Shown: positions 43,875 to 58,450 of the stretch, in pieces | How the letters are laid out: each line of letters opens with the position of its first letter | Position numbering within the stretch: the stretch's first letter is position 1 | Source of the DNA: Eledone cirrhosa | Lineage: Eukaryota | Reading direction: 5' to 3' | Assembly: GCA_964016885.1 (NCBI GenBank) | Contig: OZ024741.1 | Coordinates: forward strand, 363,382,001-363,446,000 | DNA length: 64,000 nt | Notes under the pieces: generated by a model | Seen by the model: only the letters and a program-made list of their open reading frames with translations | The model's database searches: none | Told to the model about the DNA's origin: nothing | Made by a program: the position numbers and the translations under genes

Positions 43875-44759
43875 TTAAACCATACACATCACCAGATCTT
43901 CAATAAAAATATATGCTATAAAAACTTTATACTCCACAACTCCAAATTCTGACACTAATTTAGCCTATTATAACACCCCTTAGCATACTAAGCACAACAA
44001 AACAAAAGTACAACAATTCAATAACAGATGTCAACTCCCCCTGTCAGAGGGTGAGATCTCCCACCGACTATGGGGTGGGTGAGAGATGTCTTCCCTTGTG
44101 AAAATGGGTATAGCTTTCATTATGTAAAATCTCCTCATTTTGCCTCATTTTTCCCCGTTTTGGTTTTTTTTTTTTTTTTTTATAGTACTCACAATTTGGG
44201 TTTTTAGAGGTTGGCAGGTCTGCAATAAAACCTGCACTAACAACTGTTCTTGGAATCTAACCTTTTCCCCAGAAAAAAACCCCTCAAAACAAGAAGAAAT
44301 CCATGCGGCTCTGGATCAAGGGATTCGTAATAACCCTGCATGAATTCAAATGGGTTGTGAATTCTGTCCTTTTGTGCAGAACACCGATTCAATGTTCCAA
44401 CCGAGTTGAAAACCAGCTGGAAGTACTCACAGTCTTCATATCGGCATCTGAATTATGTCACTGTCCATCACGGTAATATTTGCGATGTCTTTTCCACTAA
44501 AGTTATGAATTGTCAGGTGATACTCATGAGGGTGCTTGGCAGGGTGCTGGACTGACCACTGTATGTATGCCCTCTCATCTGTGTTATCCCCTATACACAT
44601 GCAAGAAAGCAAGCATCCAAACTTCCTTTTGATGCCATATCAATTGGGAAATGCGAAAACCAAGCGTGCAATTCAGAATAAACTTCAAGTTTATATTGGT
44701 AATGTCTATATTCCCTCAGTGGATGATGATGACAGTCAGGAGCCTGATTTGGAGCAAGG

Positions 44760-45350
44760 AAGGTATTGGAACATTTAAAAAAAGAACCCTGACTGATTTA
44801 ATGAGTTCACTGATGAAATATTACTGCTGTATCATAGGGGTATATTTCGAGGAGACAGTCTCTCTGTGATGCTATTTATACTGTCATTAATCTCCCTGTC
44901 CTTTATGCTGAGGAAATATAAAATATACGTAATTGGTGGCCAGAAACACTAACCTAACGCTTCTTTGTGGATGACCTGAAACATTATGTCAAGAGTATAA
45001 ATGGTATGAAGAAAAACCATGACCTGGTTATAACATTCTCGAAAGATATAGGAATAGATTTTGGCCTGGAATAATTTTCCGATATAGATTGTAAAGCGAT
45101 GAAAAACTACAAGCCAATCTAGCAACATTTCTATCAATGGCCTGACTGTTTCACCAATATCTGCTGAGGACTGCTACAGATACTTAGGGAAAGATGAAAA
45201 TATATCATATGATGGAATTTGTAAGAAGGAACGAGTAACCTGGGAATATTACATCCGAATAAGAAAAATGTCTTCGGAACTCTCTGTGCATAATAAATCA
45301 GTGAGTCACAAAATATGTTTGCTGTGCCCGTGCTGACACCAACATTTTGA
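44760..45350 (+). mobile_element. Decayed R4/Dong-like RT fragment
   Basis: GIFRGDSLSVMLFILSL, FVDDLK, TFSKDIG..FGL, YRYLG readable across frameshifts. Confidence 0.6.
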
Positions 45351-45874
45351 AAAAATGTTTGCTATTTTTTTAATGAACTTGATCTGGCACCTCTGCAGAC
45401 CCCGATGAAGTACTTACTACCTTTATGAATAGTCAGAAGCGGTGGAAGCATTTCTGAATTGGGAGGGGGCAAATTTGGTTAATTTAGTTGTAGTGATTAG
45501 TTTAGCTCTTTGCACTCTAAAATGATTAAAAAATGCAATTTGAATCAAAGCAGGTCATATTACATTTACAGCTTTCAATAATTATAAAGTGATTATAGAA
45601 AAATGACCTCTGAAATCTGTCTCTGAATACACATACTAGCAATTGCCAAATAGTGATACGTGGAGAAAAAGTTATGACATGACAAAAAAATTTACTATGA
45701 AGGTTAACATAATATATTATCAAATATCAACCAAGATGTAAAAAACTTTGATATACGATAAACATAACATGTACATAAATTGGGGATGGGGGGGCATGTC
45801 CCCCCTCCCAGTTCGATTTAGCACCATTTATCCAAAATACAAATACTCAGGCATTCATATGGAGACATTAGGGC

Positions 45875-46615
45875 AACTAGAAGCTGACCATCAATCTCAT
45901 ATTCCTGCAGAACCTTCCACAGCAGGTCCTGAGGAATGTGGTCATATGCCTTTTCGAGGCTACAAAATAAAAATATAACTCTTGGCAATGCTCCCACGAT
46001 TTCTCAAAGACCAGCCACAGTATAAATATTTGGTCGGTTGTGCTGCATCTGAAGCGTTCAACAGCTAACTTGGATCCAACAATCTCCCTACATCTCTTTG
46101 CCAGACACTTAGCATTAATTTTACTAGAGAGGCTTAACAAGAAGATCCCTCTATAATTGGAACAATCTCTCTAGTCTCATTTAAAAAAAATTGGGATTAT
46201 CATTCCCGATTGCCATTGCTTAGGTGCATTTCCAGAATCCAGGCCACCCAGCACACACAAGTCAGCTAGAGAATACCTTCTCTATTTAAGGCTTTTGACA
46301 GTTCATGCCAGATTTCATCTTTCCCAGCAGCCTTGGCACATTTGAGCTCTTTAACTGCTCTTGTGACCTCAACCTTCAAGAGATTAGTCACTGCTCCCAA
46401 ATGCACCTTGTGTACATCAGAAGATGCTGTTGCGATCGGGTTTTGGAGATCGGAAAAATATTTTCTCCATCTCATGAGGATGCACCTCTCTGAAGAGTGG
46501 AGAACTGCAGGCAAGTTCCTGGTAGCAGGTGTGGAAGGCTCCTTATGAAGTTGGCAGATGGTCTACCAGAACACTATATTTGCTGATCTGAAATCGGATT
46601 CCAACTTATCCTTAC
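45875..46615 (-). mobile_element. RTE-like LINE fragment (second family)
   Basis: RWRKYFSDL, KAAGKDEI, STTDQIFIL..FEKSWE. Confidence 0.7.
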
Positions 46616-46619
46616 CTGC

Positions 46620-48470
46620 TGCTCTTGCCATCTTATGTGAGCGACCCTTCATACCTTCTCTTAAATCTGTTCTCTTGACAGGTCTCCCTAAGGCCTACCT
46701 TCTTCTCTCCTCAACTTGCCACCCCCTCCTCACCCAGTCCATTGTCCAATTTATCCCCCACATCGATTGTCTCCTCTTCAATTTTTTCACCTCAGTTAAG
46801 AAACTAAAACTTGACACACTCCACGTCCTGCTATCAACAAACCCACCTCGCCTCCAGCCCTAACCCTATTACTCTGTCATCTACAACTCACTCTCTCATC
46901 GACCTCCACATGCCAAACCTAACCATCACAGCCCCTCCACCTCCACTAGTTTCTCTCCCTCGCATACTCCCATATAGTTGTCACCCTACCACCTGATCTA
47001 CCCCTATCTGAAGCTAAGAGCTCCCTCCTTGCCAGGGGTTTCTGCTTCATGCCCACCACATCCTCCTGTGATGAATTCTGAACACGTGCTGAGGTAGAAC
47101 GGTTCTTGTGTTGCCTAAAGCTACAGGCATTCTTCCACAATACACCATAATCGGCCCAAACAGTGTGTTTCACAAGTCTCAACTGCCGACAATTATAGTG
47201 GACACCAAGTTCTGGTCAGTTCAGCACCCTTGATACATTTGTGAAAACTTGTTGATGTGCTTTGAACCGCTTCAATTTTCAGAAGCACTTTCATTGCACC
47301 AACCTTAATCAGGCTGAACTGTCCGCAGCCTACAGTATGGTGATGATATTGTTATTAAACCCGCTGATAAAGGTGGTGCGATGACGCACAGACCTTTACA
47401 GGACTGAGGCCCTTCGCTACCTTCACAATACCCATTTTAGTGGTCTTTATCCTGACCCCACCCCAGGCTACCAACAGCTTGTGTCCTCCACCATTTGCCA
47501 ACTTATCCCCCCCCCCCCCCTACTGCCACTAATCTTATAGTATGCACACCCTTGTACTTCCACCATCTACTTCCTCCCCAAGATACATAAACCCAATAAT
47601 CTCGGCTGCCCTATTGTTTCCACTTGTAACTGCCCTACCGTAATAATCTCCCAATACCTTGACACTCGCCTTGTACCCCTAGTAACTGACTTCCCCTCCC
47701 ACATCCACTACACTAATCATGCTCATCAATTATTTAACCCCTTCTTCTTCTCTTTACCCTGGACATCAACTCTGTCTACAGCCCTCATGTTGATGGCCTG
47801 TGCTTTTGACATTTTTTTTACTTATGCCCCAGACCCTACCCTACCACTTTCACTCTCTCCGCCTTGCTGAGCTTGTTCTCACTCTCAATAGGTTCTCATA
47901 ATTTTAGAGAATTTTATCAACAGGTCCCTGAGGTAGTCAGAATGGACCCTAACTATGCCAACTTGTTCCTTGCCTACGTTGAGGCCCTTATGAGTACACT
48001 AGACTGACCCCTAAGCTATACAGTTGTTACATTGAAGATCTTATCAGCACCACCTCTCTCTTGCATGAACAGCTTAACTCTTTTCTTTCTTTCATTGTCT
48101 TTTCATGCTGCCCTCACCTTCACCTCCTCCAACACTTTTGTCCAATTTTTTTACATCTCTTTCTCTATTGACCACACACTCTCTACCTCCATCTTCTATA
48201 AGCCCACTGAGTCCCACTCCTACCATTGACTTCACTTCTTCTCATCCCACCCACACCAAACTCTCCATACCCTACTCCCAACTCGTCTTTGTTAGCTCTG
48301 TAGCCAGGATCATGATTTTGAGACCTAGTCCCAACATACAGCCCTCACACTCCACCACCGCTCCCAGTTCTCATCTTCCTTTCCCCCTCCATATACCACC
48401 CCACTACCCTACCCTTCTACACCATATCCCCCTTTGCTTCGGCACCCTTACTTCTGACCAAATCCAGGAG
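46620..48470 (+). mobile_element. Decayed Penelope-like RT (non-Naiad lineage)
   Basis: DIVIKPADKGGA, YFLPKIHKPNN.G.PIVS, MDPNYANLF, YKPTESH, SSHPTHTKLSIPYSQ across frameshifts. Confidence 0.8.
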
Positions 48471-48627
48471 GAGGGGAGCACAGCTTTCCATGCTGGAATG
48501 AATGGGCAAGAAGGAGAGGAATTCGGAGCTAAATATATATAACTATACACACACAGAAACACTAATAATTTACATATATACAAGCACATTTATTAATCCT
48601 TAATATCTATCTCTCTCTCTCTCTATA

Positions 48628-48700
<73 letters not shown>

Positions 48701-49135
48701 CATACATAATACAATCTTCTAGCTGTTGCTTCTCAGAGTTTCTTGTATCATGTCCTTCAAGTGTATGTATGTCTTGTAGCTATTTAAAATATTCCACACC
48801 CACAGTTGCCTTTATAATGTAATGTCAGAAATTTGGAATAGTGATGAAGTAAAACTTTATATTTGAATGAACGAATGAATAAATGTATATATATATATAT
48901 GTATGTATGTGTATATGTATATATGTAATGATTAAATGGATGGATAGGCAGGTAGATAGATAGTTATGTGTTTATGCTGACAACCACGAACTTACATACA
49001 TATATAAATGAATAGGATGCAAACGATGATATGCCCAAAATTGGTCACTGTATGTGAATTGTGTTTTTGAGTCTTGAGGAAAAAGAATTTTTGTATAATA
49101 ATACTAATAATAAAAATATTAATATTAGTAATAAT

Positions 49136-50176
49136 TCAGTTTGATGCCAGAGAATAGAGTGAAAATGCATCTCCTGATGGTGGTACCAAAGTAACAGGAA
49201 AAGGAGAAGGTGCAGATGATTGCTGCAGTACTACTTCAGTGGAGTTTAAGTCTCCTTTCGATAATTCAGGACTTATTGATGATTTGTTTGGAGATTTTCT
49301 CTCTGTGTTTTTCTGTGAAGATTGGTTATGTATAGAACTGCTGCTCAGCTGTTTATCTTCTGCACTGTCACCATCACTGTTGCTGCTGTTATTACTAGGG
49401 ACAGTAGTTGTACTGCAATTACTGCTGTTCATATGTTCAGGATTTTGTTCTTGAAGGTCGCTTTCATAACTTTTACCATCTTGTGACAAGTAGGAACTAA
49501 TCTGGTCGGCACTCTGCTTTTTCTGACTGAGCTGAACTGAAGAATTAAACTCTGTAGAATGTTGGTATGGTTCTGTTTTTACTTGTCCTTGAGGAGTTGT
49601 GAATATCTGAGTATTTTGACTTGTGGACGGAAGACAATATTCTTGACTGTCGGGAAAGACTACAGGCATATCACTTCCAGTATGAATTCTAGAGATTGCT
49701 GATGCAGGAGTGCTTGCTAAAGCAATGTTATGGTAAGCTGTAAGTTCTGTAGAATGCTGATAATGATTAGGATCTATCCTATCAGCAAGACTATGCTCAT
49801 CTCCTAAATTCAGAATCACAGTCTGTTTACTAGGACGTCCTCTTTTGCGTTTGCCAACATACTCTTGGCCATATCCTTCCATCAAAGATGGCATGGGGAT
49901 TGGAAGCTGCAGATGAAGCTTATATTCAGCTAAACTGGAAGAGAACTCTCGACAATATCGCTGAACTTTCTCTACTTTCAGCAGGTTAGCAACACGTTCA
50001 ATGTCTTTATAGTTATATTCTGTTAAGTTCAATACACCATCATAAAGAAAAGCTACAAAGGTGGCAAGAGCTTCGTCATTGATACCAGATGGAAGATTCA
50101 CTTCAAGCTCAGCTCCATCTCTTATGTTCTTCTCGAGTAAATGAGGACTCACAGCAAATAAGATCAATCGATGAAG
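49136..50176 (-). CDS. Terminal exon of SAMD3-like/BTB gene: BTB C-terminal part, AT-hook, Ser-rich tail
   Basis: Acceptor TTTAG at 50177; LHRLILFAVSP...FVAFLYDGVLNLTEYNYKDIERVANLLKV; KRKRGRPSK; stop TGA. Confidence 0.9.
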   Translation of the reverse strand, partial: LHRLILFAVSPHLLEKNIRDGAELEVNLPSGINDEALATFVAFLYDGVLNLTEYNYKDIERVANLLKVEKVQRYCREFSSSLAEYKLHLQLPIPMPSLMEGYGQEYVGKRKRGRPSKQTVILNLGDEHSLADRIDPNHYQHSTELTAYHNIALASTPASAISRIHTGSDMPVVFPDSQEYCLPSTSQNTQIFTTPQGQVKTEPYQHSTEFNSSVQLSQKKQSADQISSYLSQDGKSYESDLQEQNPEHMNSSNCSTTTVPSNNSSNSDGDSAEDKQLSSSSIHNQSSQKNTERKSPNKSSISPELSKGDLNSTEVVLQQSSAPSPFPVTLVPPSGDAFSLYSLASN

Positions 50177-51517
50177 CTAAATAAGAGAGAAGACTTCATA
50201 TTATTTGAAAGAAATCATTTTGATTTTCATTAGCAATTTTGTCAGACAGAATTTAACTATTGGTGATACAATTTAACAATAACAAATACAATTTAACTAT
50301 AGTAAATATAATATAACTATAGGTAATACAATTTAAGTACATACACCCAATACAGTGTAACTATAATCTTTTTTAAGGATCAATTGACAAGATCCAACCT
50401 TATTTGCTTACAGAGTGGAGTGCAACTCATCAAATTGGACCCAGGAAACAATGTTTTCCCTGTTTTTTTTCATTAATGATACTATCTACCGGTTACAACT
50501 CCTAGCAGAAAGAGCAATGTGAAATAAAGTGTCTTTCTCAAGGACATAATGCATTGCCTGGTTTAGGAATCAAACTCGCAACCTCATGATTGCAAATCCA
50601 ATTCTCTAACCACTAAGCCACGTGTCTTCACTATAGTAGATACAATTCAAGTATACAACAACAAACATTTAAAGCCATTTTTCCTGCTAAAGCAGAGTTG
50701 GCCTTACAGGCCCTATGACACATTTCACACCTATCATGGGCTCCTTTTGGGGGAAAAGTTTTGTCCTAGTTTTCAGTCATCTCTTATGACACACAGGAAT
50801 AGAGTACCTATTTTAAACCAGATACACACAAGTCCACACATTTTGTAGGAGGGTATCAATGATTATATGCACCTATTTTCTAACTAGAATTTTATTTTAT
50901 CTGTTCCAAAAGGCTGAAGAGCAAAGTTGACCTTGGTAGGGTTTGAACTCATAATATAAAGCAATGTAATTAATTGCACAAAACATTTTCACTTATCCAT
51001 CACTCTACCAATTCTGCCATTCACTGCTCTTTTAACACCAATTTCAACTTCAAAATAATCTAATGTATATTACAATATATTATTTCTCCAAAATGGCTGA
51101 CTGAACATACACATGCTTTCTCTTAAAAAATTTGTTTCCATTTCTTCCTCTTCTCATTTCATCTTTTTATTTTATCTTTTATTTCTAATTCTATCTTTTG
51201 ATGAAGGACTAGTATCTGAAACATAAAGACTATTCTCCTACTATATCAAGCGTTAAACTAATGTATTTTTTCATTGTACTGTGTTGTCTGCTTTGTTGCT
51301 TCTGTTTATGTTTTGCATACTTAAAATTTACTACTTGGAAAGTTATTTAATTTAAATCTACTCCGAATACAAGTTTACTTGACAGTAATTCTGAATACAA
51401 GTTTACTTGAACTGTGATGAGCTGTGCAATCGAAGCTGGCACAGAAACTGTTTAATTCAAAATCTCAAAGAGAAATAAAAATAAAACAACAATAAATTAT
51501 TTTTATTTCATATTTAC

Positions 51518-51671
51518 CATAATTTTTGTCTCTCCACTGCAAATGACTGCATCACAAAGTTTGTTAGTTCGCCACAACCAAGACAAAGATTTTAAAATGC
51601 CATCAGCATGCTCTGGTTCAACATAAGCTTTTTTAAATGGTGTTGGTGATTTTATATATGAAGATGTAAAG
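51518..51671 (-). CDS. Exon: BTB N-terminus
   Basis: AG/GT bounded, 154 nt, phase consistent; HADGILKSLSWLWRTNKLCDAVICSGETKIM. Confidence 0.9.
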
Positions 51672-52473
51672 CTGAAACAGAAGAGAGTAACACAATGACA
51701 TTTCATATACAAATTAGTGATATTGGCAGAATTGCTAGAAGTTTGGACAAACTGCCTTACAGTACTTAGATATGGTCGTTTACATTTTAAGTTCAATCCC
51801 CATCAAGATGTGCTAGTCAAGTACTGGGGTTGATTTAATCACCTAACTCCTCTCTCCAAATTTGTAACCCTGTTAGAAATTAGTATTAACATTTATGAAA
51901 GCTGTGCAAGTTATTTACAGGAGTGCTGTCAACAAGGTGAGAGTTAGCTACAAGATCAGTAAGGAATTTAGCATGTAGGTATCCATCAGGATTCGTTATC
52001 AGCCTTCTACTGTTTGTTAGAGTTCTCTAAGCTGCCATAACAGAGGAATTCAAGATTGACAGCCCACAGTAACTCCTATATACTGACAATTTAGTTCTCA
52101 AAGTCAAATTAAAGAATTTAAATATAGAAACACAGCCTAGACTCGAGAAATATCAAAGCAGAATTAGCAAAATATGCTACAAAACTCTGCCATTTGGCAA
52201 GTGGCATTGCTCCTGAGAAGTAGCTGTGATCTGGTGACCTAGCAATGAACATGGGAATTCCAAAAGCATAGTAGCTAGATGCAACAAATCATCTAGTTTA
52301 CCTTGTTATTGTCTGCACAAAATCCACCACTTTATTGTTTAATCAATATCAATAATACTAAGATTCTAGAATAATTCTTAAAGCTACATATACTCTATAT
52401 ATCTATGAGTAAATTTAAATAAATTTTATCTAACTTCATAAATCAGAATTGTGTTAATAAACTTGCAGATTAC

Positions 52474-52598
52474 CTCGGAGATTCTTCACAAGTTGGAATA
52501 CGCATGGCAGTAGTAGTAGTCGCAGTGGAAGAACATCCTTCCAAAGATTCAATAAGACTAGATATACCAGATCCTGTGCTCCAAGACTCTAAACCTTC
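52474..52598 (-). CDS. Exon: linker
   Basis: AG/GT bounded, 125 nt, phase fits both neighbours; EGLESWSTGSGISSLIESLEG. Confidence 0.75.
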
Positions 52599-53857
52599 CT
52601 ATTAAAAGAAAAAGCAACAATAATTACAATGGATTGATTTTAAGATCGAATATATTCACCAACACTGTGACTGAATAATCCAAAGACTGATTACTGTACT
52701 TATTAAAACCAAAGTGTAATATACAAAGTAATGAAGGAGCTTCAACATGGTCACTCAACCTGCTTCAATCTAATCTAGCCGAATTTACACTTGCAAATAA
52801 GAAGAACCAGGGCCACCCTTAGGAGTATTGGATTTGGTGTACTTCATATTTGTTTTGGTTGCTGAATACAAGGAGGAGTGCCTTTCCATTGTCAATTTGC
52901 ATTGATCATCTGCAAAGCCACACACCAGTCTTTTGATGTGTGCAGCCAGAACTACTGCCACCCATTGATTTGGCAAGATTTTTTTTAGATGGCCATTGAC
53001 TCTTACGAGTTCTGCCCTTTGTCAGGTTTTGTTTTTGTCCTGCAGGGTGTCCAAAACCACCCTCCTCATCAAGTAAACTTGGTGGGGTTGCTGGTTTAGC
53101 CACCGATGACCCGACCATGCGACAGGTTGTACTGGGTTACATGCTACCAGTAGCACTCGAGAGTGACCTGACATAACCTGCTTCAAACAACAAAATAGAC
53201 CCCAAATCACACCCTATCACTTTAAAAAAATTGAAGGACAGATTGGACAAAGTTGTTCTGGCTGAATGGTTAAGAAGTTTGCTTCACAGGAAAAATGCCC
53301 TTAAAATATTTGTTCTATAGCCCCAGGTAATATTCCTGGTTGAACAGACCTGCGATCAAATGTGTTACAACTGTAATCATGCTATTTTTTTGGTCAGTGG
53401 ACTAAATTATCTGGTAAGTCCATCCCTTTTTTAAGAATGTAGAGTGAAGTTTGAGGGACAGTGTAGTGGATTTCTCATTGGCTTATAAATTTAGGCTATT
53501 TACACATAGACTGAGAGATTAGAGTTTAGTTAACATTGTTATTTAACCCAGTAAAATTGTCGGTACTAAAAGAGCAAAGGCTTGCATAGATGCTAAGGAA
53601 AGACAACATATGATTGAGGGAGATTTTTTCATATTGAAAGATATGCAAACAAAACAGGTAGAAAGAGTTTTGGTCTTGCCATGAGAGGAATAGGTAAGAG
53701 AAACCTTTGAGAAAAAGGCAATTACTCCAAAGTTTTTGTAGTAAGGAATCAAAACTCTTAACTACAATTGTAAATGGTAAAGATGTTTTGCAGGTGCACC
53801 AAACACAAGAATCTTTTGCCTTGCTAATAAATTTGTTACATTGATTTTAGATAAAGA

Positions 53858-54650
53858 CTAGCAGAATGGCTCGGCGTTGCTCGGGATTTGCTCTAGGGTT
53901 CTTATAAGCTCCTCATCGAGCTTTGTGAAATAAATACGTTTGTTTATATCTTGTTATTGTGTATGCAAAAATATCTGTACACGAATATATAATTATATAT
54001 ATAACAGTACAGAGAAGTACGGAATACCTTGGCCTCGGGATGGTGTCTACATTTTGTGCTTATAAAAAAAATTTGTAGATTACCAGGGTATTTTTCCGTG
54101 CGAAAATCGATACTTTATCGCAAAATAAATACTTTTGTTTATATGTGTACGCAAAAATATCTGTACACGAATATATATATATATACATATTAAAATAACA
54201 GATTAAAGTTTAAGTGAAGAATCGCTGCTTTCACCCTTAACGGGATCTTCTGAAACTAACATAATAAATCTGTGAACGCAGAAGTAAATATTTTGAAAAA
54301 CGTTACACACTATATATATATACACACACACTATATAAATACATATACACACACACTGCGTCATAATGACGTAATGCAGACAGATATTATAAAGGCGCAA
54401 CGTAATATGTATGTATCTATCTAAAAAGAGAAAGACCAAGAGAGAGAGAAAGAGATCGCTAAATCGCCTAATGCGGTCCCTAGGGCATTGAAAATTTGAA
54501 ATTGTTTTTGCTCAGAACACTCAATAGGACCATAAGTATTACATGTGTAAAGTTTTAAAACAATCGGTTGGGCGGTTCTCTAGTTTTAGTGATTGAACAG
54601 ACAGACAGACAAACACACAAACAGACATTCTCTGTTTTAGTAATATAGAT
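53858..54650 (-). mobile_element. Non-autonomous Helitron (intronic)
   Basis: CTAGCAGAATGGCTCGGCGTTGCTCGGG end; homologous to 14111-14890; minus-strand 5' end A|TCTATAT. Confidence 0.8.
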
Positions 54651-55168
54651 AAAGGATAATGTGGCAATTTCCAGGCTTTTTGCATACAGTGATATTAAAT
54701 TGAAATAATTATCTATATTGAGGTTTTGACAACTCTTTAAGGACTTGGGAGATTAAGGTGACTATACTATAGAGGATTTTATACCATTTATATTCTGGGG
54801 TCAGCTGAAAAAACAACTGTTGAACAAAACTGGGTCGGACGCCATGCTTTGCAGCACAGTTACGTCCCTTTACAGATTGGGTTCAAATCCCGCCGAGGTT
54901 AACTTTGCCTTTCATCCTTACAGGGTCGATAAAATAAAGTACCAGTAATGCACTGGGATAATTGCTGGCCTTGTGCCAAAAGTAGAAACAATTATATGGA
55001 ATAATTTTCCAAATGCAAAGAATCATCAATTTCATGTAAAACATTATTCCAGCTAACATTTTGGTATAAAAATGAAAAATGTCCAAGTTATGTTAAAAAG
55101 GAAAATAAGTTAAGACGGCAGGTAAATTGCAAAGTGCAATCATTTTTTTTTGCTATAGTTGTTTTTAC

Positions 55169-55342
55169 CTGAGTTTGACGATGGGAAGATTGAATGGCAA
55201 CAGGTTTGTCACATACTTCACTTGAAGATGATTCAGGTTCACTCACAACCCGCCGACGTTTACGTTTTTCAACAACTTCAATGTTTGTCATAATTCTTCT
55301 CTCATTACGAAATTTATCAGAAAGAGTTGCAGACCAGGATTC
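55169..55342 (-). CDS. Exon: end of SAMD3-like domain plus basic NLS-like segment
   Basis: AG/GT bounded, 174 nt; ESWSATLSDKFRNERR...KRKRRR. Confidence 0.85.
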
Positions 55343-55619
55343 CTAAAATATATATATTTAATATGAATTTTTTGAAATAAATACTATAGAAAAGAATGGG
55401 CAATATTGCTATGTACCTGATTTACAATAAGTAGTGTGTGCGTGTGTATGGTAGTGTTGGTGTTGCAGCAAAAATCACCCTGTCCACTCTGTAAGGTGGT
55501 CATGCTGGTGCCATTAAAAAAGCACGCAGTCTACTCTGTAATATGATTGGTGTTACGAAAAGCATCCAGCTGTAGAAAAAAAAATCAAGCAAAATATGTG
55601 GTCATCTGACCTGTCTAGT

Positions 55620-56680
55620 CACAGCTCTGCCTTTCTCTTACATTTACATTGCACATCCAATGAAACATCGTTGCTTCATTTCTCTTCAGTTTATGCTTGT
55701 CCTCTGCAGTCACAGCCCTTGTTTCACCAGCATACAACATCGCACTTCACACACTGGCATCATACAGTCGTCCTTTTGTACATAGGGAGAAACCTTTTGT
55801 GGTCAACAGCGGGAGTAACTCTCTGAAAATTTACCATCTTATCCTTATTCTAGCTATTATGCTCTCAGAGCACCCTCTTCTGCCAGCTATATAGTAGAAG
55901 CTATCAACCACTTTGGGTCTTTCTTGTGATTGGAATAGGTTTACATCACTGGCTCTTTTCCCCAAATAAAAATAAAGATTGAATGAATTTATTACACCTG
56001 ATTTAAACAATTTGTAATTCTGATCACGCTCAAGAAGGAATGAAAATAAACTGAGAAAAATAATATATAATTTGCGAGTGTCATGCATGAGTTCATTTTC
56101 ACTTCAGTTTTATTTGGTTAATTTATAAACTGGATAGTTACCTAATTGTCAAAGCTCTTTTGTCAGACAATGTTTTGGTAAGCAGGAAAGGAAACAGGAC
56201 TCTGATCCTATCTGGAGAGTGGCCACGACTCAATAAGTAGAAAAGGAGTAGGCAGTAGCTCTATACAATATACACAATGTAAATCTTAGATATACATGAG
56301 GTGTAATGAGATAGCAGGCAGATTGACAGAAAAAGTAAACTTTGTATGTGGCAGATGCACAGGGATAGTTAGTAATAAGAGCATCAGTAAAATAAACGTT
56401 TTCCAATCCTAGGAAGCTTCTGCTACTTAGGCAATCTAATTAGTGGGGGAGAAGGCTGCTCTGAAAGCATAGTAGCTAGGGTAAGACAGGATTGAAAAGG
56501 TTCAGTGATACTTCCTCCATTGACAACAAAAGACCTCTTTCTACGAAAGAAAGGCCGGCTGTATGATGCCTGTGTGCAAAGCTTGATTTTGCATGGTAAT
56601 GAGACATGGACAATAAATGCAGAGGATATGAGAAGACTAGAGAGAAATGAAGAAAATATGAAGAAAACGTAGAAAGAATT
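55620..56680. mobile_element. Two decayed RTE fragments in opposite orientation (about 55620-55920 minus, 56130-56680 plus)
   Basis: GGCSESI.ARVR.G, GRLYDACV, HG.ETW match the 41-kb RTE. Confidence 0.7.
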
Positions 56681-56865
56681 AACCAAAACTTCGTACAAAT
56701 ACTAAAAGCAATCTCCATTGTCTTGGCAGACAATAATTACTTGTGTATGTGTATATGAGTGTGTATGTGATCTCTCACTTTAGCGGTTTTTTGACTCTCT
56801 ATCTTTATCAATTTTTAATGTCATTTTGGTCAGTATGTATGGTCCTCCATCAATCAATATATTAA

Positions 56866-57086
56866 CCCTTTAGCATTTAAACCAGCCATATCTGGCCAGA
56901 ATTCTCTCACCTCTTTCTGTACAAACCAGCTGTAACTAGCCACTCATACTGATGTTAAGGCATTGTTCTCAAAATAAATAATATCAAAATCTCATAGATT
57001 TGATATCATGCAAGATAATTATGTGAGGTAAAGACTTTACCATGAAAATATAATAGTATATATAGAGTAATGTAAATGCTAAAGGG
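56866..57086. mobile_element. piggyBac-type MITE
   Basis: TTAA|CCCTTTAGCATTTA...TAAATGCTAAAGGG|TTAA, 14-bp perfect TIR. Confidence 0.85.
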
Positions 57087-58450
57087 TTAATTCTCACTTC
57101 ATCTCTCTTTTACTCTCTCCTTATATGGTGTTGAATATGACATTGGAAGCAACAATAAATTCATTGTTTTTATTTTATTATCTTACTGGTTTCAGTCTTT
57201 AAACTGTAGCCATGCTAGAACACAACCATCAAGGTTTTTAGTTGATTATGTGAACTCCAGTACCTATTATATAGTGTGCATGTACTTCCCAAGATCATTT
57301 GGTAGATTGGCCTTTTACGATCTGAGTTCAAATCCTGCCAAGGTTAGCTTTGCCTTCCATCCTTAAAGGCTCAATAAAATAAAGTACCAGTGATGTACTG
57401 GGGTTGATTTAATCAACTTTCCCGTCCTCCAAAACTGTTGGCCTTGTGCCTAAATCAGAAATCAATATAAGAACACATGTATTTCTTTATGGTTAAGAAA
57501 TTTGTGCTTTGCAACCTCGTTCTAAGTTTGATTCAATTGCATGGCACCTGAGGCACAGGTCTTCTACCACAGACGCATGTTGACCAAAGTTTTGAGAGTA
57601 AAATTTGGTAGGTGGATACTCTGACAAATCCTGTTAGTCATATAAATAAGGGCATTCAACCATAGAAAATTTGCCAAACAAAGGGTTAGGAAGAATCTTC
57701 AGCTGTGTCAAGGACATGACAATTTCTCCAATGTTGGTGCCATCATAAAATGTACACGGTTGTGAGTGGGATCATATGTCAGGCCCTTCTTGAGTACTGA
57801 CTGGTCTGTGATGACATTGCTAAACAATGATGATGATGATGATATATATGTTTACGTGTGAGAGTGTATGTGTATACGCATATCTTTTGCCAATATATAG
57901 GCCAAAAATGTAAAACCTTGTTGAGAAAATTAATAGTGGTGTTTTGAAAAAAAATACATACACAGTATGGTATTTATTCTGCCTGAGTTGAATATAAAAT
58001 TCTGTTTCACAAATGCCATCAGAAATGTGAACAAGTGAGATGCCTGTTGGCAAATTGTAACTATTGCAAAACAACAACAGGAGTTTTAAGGCTATATTTT
58101 CTTGATAAAGCAGAGACTAACTTTGGAGGCCTCGTAATAGGCTTCATATTCAGCATAGGGTCTTTTTTGAGGCAATGTTATATGGCCAAATACACTTCCT
58201 GGTACCTCATATGACATGTTGGATACCTATTCTTGCATGTCATAAGCGACTAAAAAAAAAAAAAAAACTACAGCCAACACTTGCAAGACACCCTCTCACC
58301 TCCACCAGCAAAAAATCTGGGATGTGACAACTGGAAGAAACAAATGTTGCACCAGCACTGGACTGAAAAGATGAAAGCCAAAAAGGGCCAGAATTTGAAC
58401 TTAGAACATAGTGATCAGGAAAAAATACCCAACACTAATGACTGCCTTAA

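Noticed and set aside
45438-45828. Possible hAT MITE with GGGGGCA/TGTCCCCC subterminal motifs
   Set aside because: Terminal inverted repeats and an 8-bp TSD could not be confirmed.
52790-53190. Possible LINE 5' UTR with an HDV-like ribozyme
   Set aside because: It looks repeat-derived, but I could not build the nested double pseudoknot by eye.
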